DNA of 8,427 bases from assembly GCA_964522265.1 (NCBI GenBank), contig CAZFVS010000042.1, positions 1-8,427 of the forward strand, written 5' to 3'. The position numbers were made by a program, and so were the translations under genes. Source of the DNA: an uncultured Gammaproteobacteria bacterium. GTDB taxonomy: Bacteria; Patescibacteriota; Microgenomatia; Daviesbacterales; UBA10151. The notes under the pieces are model-generated. The model was given only the letters and a program-made list of their open reading frames with translations. It was not told the DNA's origin and did not search any database. The first letter of the stretch is position 1, and each line of letters opens with the position of its first letter. Positions 1 through 5,017 of this stretch are shown piece after piece.

Positions 1-1
1 A

Positions 2-355
2 ATGCATTTTTTAAGAAGAATCCTGGATGTGTTTTTGGGTAAAATGATCAGTATTCTTTTTATGTCTACAACTCTTACTGATGTGAGTTGTACTTTAAGG
101 TTGACTAACAGGAAGGGTTGGAAAAAAATCGCTTCAGAATGCAAGGTAGGTAGTGCCTTGTTTGCCACACAGTGGCTCTTACTTGCTATCAAAAATAATG
201 TTAAATTTATTGAAATCCCGATAAATTTTAGGTCAAGAGTAGGGCAGTCTTCTCTTACTGCAACTTTTTTTGACCAGGCCAAATGGGGTATCAGGATATT
301 TACTTATATCTGGAAAGTTTGGATCTATGCAAGAATGGATAAAAAACTTCACTAA
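2..355 (+). CDS. Glycosyltransferase family 2, Dpm1/GtrB/ArnC-like polyprenyl-phosphate sugar synthase; C-terminal fragment whose 5' end probably lies upstream of the window
   Basis: The frame is open to the window edge, so the ATG at 2 is probably internal. The translation contains 'TDVSCTLRLTNRKGW', which matches the acceptor-loop pattern D-x-S-G-F-R of this class. It also contains 'VKFIEIPINFRSRVGQSSL', matching the I-x-E-V-P-I-x-F-x-x-R-x-x-G-x-S-K signature of polyprenyl-phosphate hexose synthases. A hydrophobic/amphipathic tail (WGIRIFTYIWKVWIY) follows. Stop TAA at 353-355. Confidence 0.7.
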   Translation: MHFLRRILDVFLGKMISILFMSTTLTDVSCTLRLTNRKGWKKIASECKVGSALFATQWLLLAIKNNVKFIEIPINFRSRVGQSSLTATFFDQAKWGIRIFTYIWKVWIYARMDKKLH

Positions 356-2048
356 AATAAAGGTGCAGCTGGTAATTATTGTTTTAATTACCTTTCTGGC
401 TTATTCGAACATTCTGCAGAATGATTTTTTAGCAGATGACAGGGCGTTTATCCTGCAGTGGGACTTGCCCCGTGACATCAGGAATATCCCAAATTTATTT
501 ATCAGTAAAACCAACCCTCCCGGGCTCCCGCAAGACTACCGGCCTGTCAGGACAACCTTACTGGTCTTAAGTTACCAGCTTTGGGGTACAAATCCGGTTG
601 GGTATCATTTTGAATCAATGATAATCCACCTTATTATTACAATTCTGGTCTATTTTATAACCAAGGAATTAGTATTAAGTATTAAGTATCATGTATTACG
701 CAAAGACCCCTTAATACATAATACATACTACATAATACCTTTTCTGACTGCCCTGCTTTTTGGACTGCACCCGATTCATACAGAAGTAGTTGATTATGTA
801 ATGGTTAGCTTTAACACTGTGTCCGTAGCTTTTTTATTGTTGTCCTTCTACTTATACCTGAAAACTTTGAAAAAACTGTCGGTAGCTTTTTTTCTCTTGG
901 CCCTCTTTACGTACGAGATAGCCTTGGTATTGCCATTTCTAATTATGCTCTATGACTTCTGTTTTAAAACCATTAAGAAAAATTATCTAAAAAATTTTTC
1001 TTTAAGATATCTGCCTTACTTTTTTTCGGTATTTTTATTTTTATGGATCAGAGCCGGTTTGGCGGGGATGGGAAATGCAGAGAGGGGGCAATATCTGCTG
1101 GGTAGTTTCTATCTGAATATGTTAATTATGCCAAAATTAATCTGGAAATACATTGAGCTTTTGGTTTTTCCTTTAAACCTCTCGTTTATTCATAGAATTG
1201 CTAAGGGCTTTGAAACTTATCCTACTCCGTATTCAAATTTTGCATCCATTCAAAAAATGTCAATACTTAGTCCTGAAGTTATATTGCCAAGCCTGGTTCT
1301 GCTGGTTTTAGTAATCATTCTGTTTTGGAGTTTAAAAAAATTTCCGGTAATCTTTTTCTGTCTAGGATGGTTTTTTATAAGTATGTTTCCTTTTTTCAAC
1401 CTTATCCCGATAGGCGTCACGTTTAGCGAAAGGTACACATATTTGGCTTCAGTCGGTTTTGTTATTCTCATAACATATCTGTTCCACATCTGTTACTATC
1501 GGATCAGATGGAAGAAATTGGCTGTTTTACTGCTTGTGTTAATTTTAATTTTTTTATTTTTCAGGACGTATATCAGAAATTACGACTGGAGGAATATGGA
1601 GACATTTACAAAAAGTATTTTGAGGGTCAATTCGGAAAGTCTGATAGCCCGTTACAATTTAGCCCTTTATTATAAAGATACTGATCCCGGCCAGGCAGTT
1701 TTAGAGTACCGGAAGCTTTTGGAGATTGACCCCAGAGTTAAAGAGGCTCATTTTGACCTGGCTAATGTTTATTTGGCAACAGGTTACATCGAGCTTGCTG
1801 CACTGGAGTTTAACAGGACTTTAACGCTGGACTCAAATTTTATTGATGCTTATATTGCTTTAGGGCAGATCAATTTATCAAAAGGCCAGCTTAATATAGC
1901 AGAAGAATACTTCAAAAAAGCTTTGAATGTTGATCCAAGAAAATACCTGTTATTTCAGCTGCCGAAGAATGAAAGTGAAATTGCAATATCCCGCTCGCAG
2001 GCACTGGCAGGTTTACAAGCAGTCAAAGAGAAGCTTTCCCGGGAGTAA
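327..2048 (+). CDS. Polytopic GT-C-type glycosyltransferase with three C-terminal TPRs (TMTC-like / PMT_2-TPR family), paralog 1
   Basis: Long ORF with many hydrophobic helices. First-loop acidic motif 'AYSNILQNDFLADDRAFI' (DD at 435-440). 'YRPVR' motif. 'GLHPIHTEVV' (768-785), which matches the HP(I/V)HTEAV motif I recall from TMTC proteins. 'SERYTYLASVGF' followed by a TM helix and 'NYDWRN', then TPRs. All of these are shared with the ORFs at 5004 and 7154. The track start at 270 is a TTG and would overlap the upstream gene by 86 nt. ATG 327 gives an N-terminus (MQEWIKNFTKIKVQLVII) that aligns with paralog 2 (MKISKVNVQLTII). Confidence 0.85.
   Translation: MQEWIKNFTKIKVQLVIIVLITFLAYSNILQNDFLADDRAFILQWDLPRDIRNIPNLFISKTNPPGLPQDYRPVRTTLLVLSYQLWGTNPVGYHFESMIIHLIITILVYFITKELVLSIKYHVLRKDPLIHNTYYIIPFLTALLFGLHPIHTEVVDYVMVSFNTVSVAFLLLSFYLYLKTLKKLSVAFFLLALFTYEIALVLPFLIMLYDFCFKTIKKNYLKNFSLRYLPYFFSVFLFLWIRAGLAGMGNAERGQYLLGSFYLNMLIMPKLIWKYIELLVFPLNLSFIHRIAKGFETYPTPYSNFASIQKMSILSPEVILPSLVLLVLVIILFWSLKKFPVIFFCLGWFFISMFPFFNLIPIGVTFSERYTYLASVGFVILITYLFHICYYRIRWKKLAVLLLVLILIFLFFRTYIRNYDWRNMETFTKSILRVNSESLIARYNLALYYKDTDPGQAVLEYRKLLEIDPRVKEAHFDLANVYLATGYIELAALEFNRTLTLDSNFIDAYIALGQINLSKGQLNIAEEYFKKALNVDPRKYLLFQLPKNESEIAISRSQALAGLQAVKEKLSRE
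672..738. repeat. Imperfect AT-rich inverted repeat (27-nt arms, 23/27 complementary, 13-nt loop 699-711) embedded in-frame in paralog 1
   Basis: I paired 672-698 (gtattaagtattaagtatcatgtatta) with 712-738 (taatacataatacatactacataatac) base by base, and 23 of 27 positions are complementary. The left arm is built from GTATTAA units and the right arm from (T/A)TAATAC units. The segment encodes VLSIKYHVLRKDPLIHNTYYII. Confidence 0.75.
1647..1952 (+). other. Three consecutive 34-aa tetratricopeptide repeats of paralog 1
   Basis: ARYNLALYYKDTDPGQAVLEYRKLLEIDPRVKEA / HFDLANVYLATGYIELAALEFNRTLTLDSNFIDA / YIALGQINLSKGQLNIAEEYFKKALNVDPRKYLL. Each unit is 34 aa and carries the canonical small/large residue pattern (L-G-x-x-Y ... 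A-x-x-x-F/Y-x-x-A-L-x-x-x-P). Confidence 0.85.
2041..2045 (+). promoter_or_regulatory. Shine-Dalgarno-like GGGAG, 5 nt upstream of ATG 2051
   Basis: The sequence reads gggagTAAatATG. The RBS lies in the last codons of the upstream gene, which is consistent with translational coupling. Confidence 0.55.
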
Positions 2049-2050
2049 AT

Positions 2051-2902
2051 ATGGTAACAAAAATAATAGTTTGTCCAAACTGTAAAAACAAATCGAGCAT
2101 AATTTTAAAAGTTGATTCAGGAAAATTCAAAATCTTTTTCTGCCGGCAATGCCTGACCGGTTTTACCTATCCTGCCCCCAAAAATATTGCAAAATATTAT
2201 TCCAAAAAGTATTGGGTACCTAAAGGTTGGATTGGGCAGTTAAAAGTAAAAATTTATGCTTTTTTCCAAAGCAGAAGGTTAAAATGGGTTCAAAAAAAAT
2301 TACACCGGGGAAAAATTTTGGATGTGGGGGCGGGTGAAGGAATTTTCGCAAAGAAGATAGGGGCTCGATTTACGGTAGTTGGTATCGAACCGCCTTTTTC
2401 CAAAATAAAAAATAAACATATAATTAAAGTTGATTTTTTAAAATGGCAAACTAATCAAAAATTTGATGCAATAGTTTTTTGGGAAAGCCTGGAACATACA
2501 AGAGTCCCTCAAAAATATCTTGAAAAAGCATATAATCTGTTGAAAAAAGGAGGCCTGGTTTTTATAGAATATCCTGTCCTTGATTGTTTGGAATCAAAAA
2601 TTTTTGGTAGGTTTTGGTACCATCTTGATTTGCCAAGGCATCTTACTCATTTTACAGAAAAAGGGTTGGAAATTATAACTGCAAAGACAGGTTTTAAAAA
2701 AATTGACAGCAAAGATGTATTTGCCCTTGAATATATGCTGCCCGGTTTTTTATCAAGCGCTTTAAATATTAAACTTAATGAAGGTTCACCTGCGATTTTA
2801 ATTTCATTTGCGGTATTCTTGATACCGGCATTTATTATAGAATGGTTATCTTATCTTTTTAACCAATCACCAATCCGGGTTATGATTGTAAAGAAAGTTT
2901 AA
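2051..2902 (+). CDS. Class I SAM-dependent methyltransferase with an N-terminal 4-Cys zinc ribbon and a C-terminal transmembrane anchor
   Basis: Zinc-ribbon pattern CPNC-x17-CRQC at the N-terminus. Motif I 'ILDVGAGEGIFA' (2315-2341). Post-I acidic 'VVGIEP'. Motif II 'FDAIVFWESLEH'. Motif III 'LLKKGGLVFIEYP'. Hydrophobic C-terminal helix 'AILISFAVFLIPAFIIEWLSYLF'. Confidence 0.85.
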   Translation: MVTKIIVCPNCKNKSSIILKVDSGKFKIFFCRQCLTGFTYPAPKNIAKYYSKKYWVPKGWIGQLKVKIYAFFQSRRLKWVQKKLHRGKILDVGAGEGIFAKKIGARFTVVGIEPPFSKIKNKHIIKVDFLKWQTNQKFDAIVFWESLEHTRVPQKYLEKAYNLLKKGGLVFIEYPVLDCLESKIFGRFWYHLDLPRHLTHFTEKGLEIITAKTGFKKIDSKDVFALEYMLPGFLSSALNIKLNEGSPAILISFAVFLIPAFIIEWLSYLFNQSPIRVMIVKKV

Positions 2903-2908
2903 AAACTT

Positions 2909-5017
2909 ATGACTGAGCCTAAAATAGCAGCAATCCTGCCCGCATATAAAGCAGAAAAAACATTATTGCCCTTTTTAAAAACTTTACCGGCAGGAGTTTT
3001 TGATGAAATTATTTTAGTTGATGATTGCTCACCGGATAAAACTTATGAGATTGCCAAAAAACACCGCGGGATCAAGGTATACCAGAACCCAAAGAATTTA
3101 GGTTATGGGGGGAATGTCAAACAATGTTTGAAAATCGCTTTGAAACATGGGGCGGATGTTATGATTGAAATCCATCCTGATGGTGAATACGGGGCAGATG
3201 GGATTGTTCCGGCGCTTTTGGAAATTAAAAAAGGGGCACAATTTGTACTTGGTAACCGTTTTGCTAAAAACCCCCTAATATCGGGTATGTTTTTATGGAA
3301 GTATGTTTTAATCAGGGTATTAAATTTAATTCATAATCTGATTTTACGGACAAATATTCCCGATTTGCACCAAGGTTTTCGGGTTTATACCCGGCAGCAA
3401 TTAAACAGAGTAAATTTTAAAAAGATGAGTGATGGTTATATTTTTAGTTTTGAAATTATCATAGAGACAATCTCTAAAAAAATGCATATTGCGAGCGTTC
3501 CTGTCAGTATAAAATACAAAGGTGCCAAAAGGGGAGCTTCCTTTAAAAATAGTTTTATATATGGTTTACAAACTCTTGCAATTTGTTTAAGGGGAAACAG
3601 CTATTTTTTAATTCCAATATTTTTAATAGTTGTTCAGGGGATATATTCAATTTCATCAATAGGCGAACTGAGGCTTGAGGAAGCGATTGAATCTATAAGA
3701 AGTGTTTACTGGTTTCAAAATCATCTGGTCTGGAATGGTGGATATACAAATTTAGGATGGTATACGATTTTGGCGGTTGTCTATAATATCTTTGGTTTTA
3801 GTGTTTATAGCGCTAAGTTTGTTAAACTTTTTGTTTACATTTTAGCGCTTTTATGTCTTGCAGCTCTTTTAAAAAAATACTTAGGTGAAAAATTAGCTAT
3901 CGTTCCTCTTTTAATGATTGGATTCTCACCAACCCTCATATATTTAAACAGTTTACAGATATCGCATGGCATAGAGGTAAGTTATTTTTTAATCTGCTCT
4001 TACTTAATTTCTAACTTAAATTTTAAAAAAGGAGCTGAATGGGGATTACAAACAATTCTTGGAATTATAGCTGCAATTGCCGCTCTTTCATATCCGGCAT
4101 TTATTTACTACCTGCCAATCATTAGTTTTTATTATTTATATCAATTAAAAAATCAGTGTAAAAAGGCATCAATAAGCTTAATTGTATTTTGCGGGTATCT
4201 TTTACTTAGTATTTTATATATTAAGAATAGACAAATTCTTATATATGATACAAACAGTAATTTAGGATTATTTAGAGGAGGAGGCAGGTTAGAATTTGAT
4301 TTGGATCTTTTGGTAAGTAACTTTAGAATAATGTTTTCAGATTTATTTAAAATCCCAGTTAGTTATTATTTTGAACCATTAAAAACAGAGTTTTCAGATT
4401 TTTATCCAATGTTTGTAGTAATTTTTGTTATGGTTATGAGTTTAGTGCTTTTTCTTAAAATAAAAAGACTACGGTTTTTTATTGGATTTATTTGGATTTG
4501 TTTTTTAGGTTATTCAATTATTTTAAACTTATTTGGACCTATTGGGTTAGGAGGGGTAAGAAGGGAAACAATTATTCTTACTTTATTTTATTTACTTTTT
4601 GTAATTGTTTGGAAATTTATCTCAAACATAAAGAAATCTTCTTTCGGCCGGAATTTAGTTTTAATAGTTCTTGGTTTATTACTTATACATCACATCTTTG
4701 TTTACCCCCAAAATTTGAAACAATTGAATAAACAGAGTAAATTTGGTAACTGGTTTGCTCCAAATTCGGAACTTAATTTTAAAAGTCAAATCAAAACTAT
4801 TGAAGCAGAAGATCTATGGGTTGATTGCGAGGAAAATGTTAATCCCTATGCGCATTCAAGATGTGCAGGTTTAAGTATAAACTATGCCCTAGTAGCAGGC
4901 GAGTGTTTATGGAACAGGCGGCTTTGTCATAAAGTCATAGCTTTTGATGCAAAAAACCAAAAACATTTTTTGATTAATTTAGATTTTTGGGGGGAGGGAT
5001 CACATGCTGAACCATGA
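2909..5017 (+). CDS. Fusion protein: N-terminal Dpm1-like GT2 domain (about 2909-3595), polytopic PMT_2/ArnT-like GT-C membrane domain (about 3596-4700), and a soluble tail of about 98 aa with 4 Cys (about 4720-5014)
   Basis: GT2 domain: 'AAILPAYKAEKTL', 'IILVDDCSPDKT', 'NLGYGGNVKQC', the DxD-equivalent region 'VMIEIHPDGEY', 'DLHQGFRVYTR', and 'FEIIIE...HIASVPVSIKYKGAKRGASF'. The ORF continues without a stop into at least 10 hydrophobic helices. These begin with 'RLEEAIESIRSVYW' (acidic first loop) and 'NIFGFSVYSAKFVKLFVYILALLCLAALLKKYLGEKLAIVPLLMIGFSPTLIY', which fits the PMT_2 pattern F-G-x-S-x-x-x-x-R/K ... S-P. The tail is WVDCEENVNPYAHSRCAGLSINYALVAGECLWNRRLCH. Confidence 0.8.
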   Translation: MTEPKIAAILPAYKAEKTLLPFLKTLPAGVFDEIILVDDCSPDKTYEIAKKHRGIKVYQNPKNLGYGGNVKQCLKIALKHGADVMIEIHPDGEYGADGIVPALLEIKKGAQFVLGNRFAKNPLISGMFLWKYVLIRVLNLIHNLILRTNIPDLHQGFRVYTRQQLNRVNFKKMSDGYIFSFEIIIETISKKMHIASVPVSIKYKGAKRGASFKNSFIYGLQTLAICLRGNSYFLIPIFLIVVQGIYSISSIGELRLEEAIESIRSVYWFQNHLVWNGGYTNLGWYTILAVVYNIFGFSVYSAKFVKLFVYILALLCLAALLKKYLGEKLAIVPLLMIGFSPTLIYLNSLQISHGIEVSYFLICSYLISNLNFKKGAEWGLQTILGIIAAIAALSYPAFIYYLPIISFYYLYQLKNQCKKASISLIVFCGYLLLSILYIKNRQILIYDTNSNLGLFRGGGRLEFDLDLLVSNFRIMFSDLFKIPVSYYFEPLKTEFSDFYPMFVVIFVMVMSLVLFLKIKRLRFFIGFIWICFLGYSIILNLFGPIGLGGVRRETIILTLFYLLFVIVWKFISNIKKSSFGRNLVLIVLGLLLIHHIFVYPQNLKQLNKQSKFGNWFAPNSELNFKSQIKTIEAEDLWVDCEENVNPYAHSRCAGLSINYALVAGECLWNRRLCHKVIAFDAKNQKHFLINLDFWGEGSHAEP
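4993..4998 (+). promoter_or_regulatory. Strong Shine-Dalgarno-like GGAGGG, 5 nt upstream of ATG 5004
   Basis: The sequence reads ggGGAGGGatcacATG. It lies inside the 3' end of the fusion gene. Confidence 0.55.

Noticed and set aside
270-326. Track start (TTG at 270) for paralog 1
   Set aside because: It is a TTG codon and would overlap the upstream GT2 gene by 86 nt. It would also add a non-homologous N-terminal extension. ATG 327 aligns with the N-terminus of paralog 2. This is not fully excluded.
1250-1489. Minus-strand 79-aa ORF
   Set aside because: It lies entirely inside the well-supported plus-strand GT-C gene (327-2048). The composition is Lys/Ile/Asn-rich as expected for the antisense of an AT-rich gene, and it has no recognisable motifs. 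It is a shadow ORF.
4492-4731. Plus-strand 79-aa ORF in an alternative frame inside the fusion gene
   Set aside because: It is nested in the 2909-5017 ORF, whose frame here encodes consistent TM helices. The alternative-frame product is low-complexity with no motifs.
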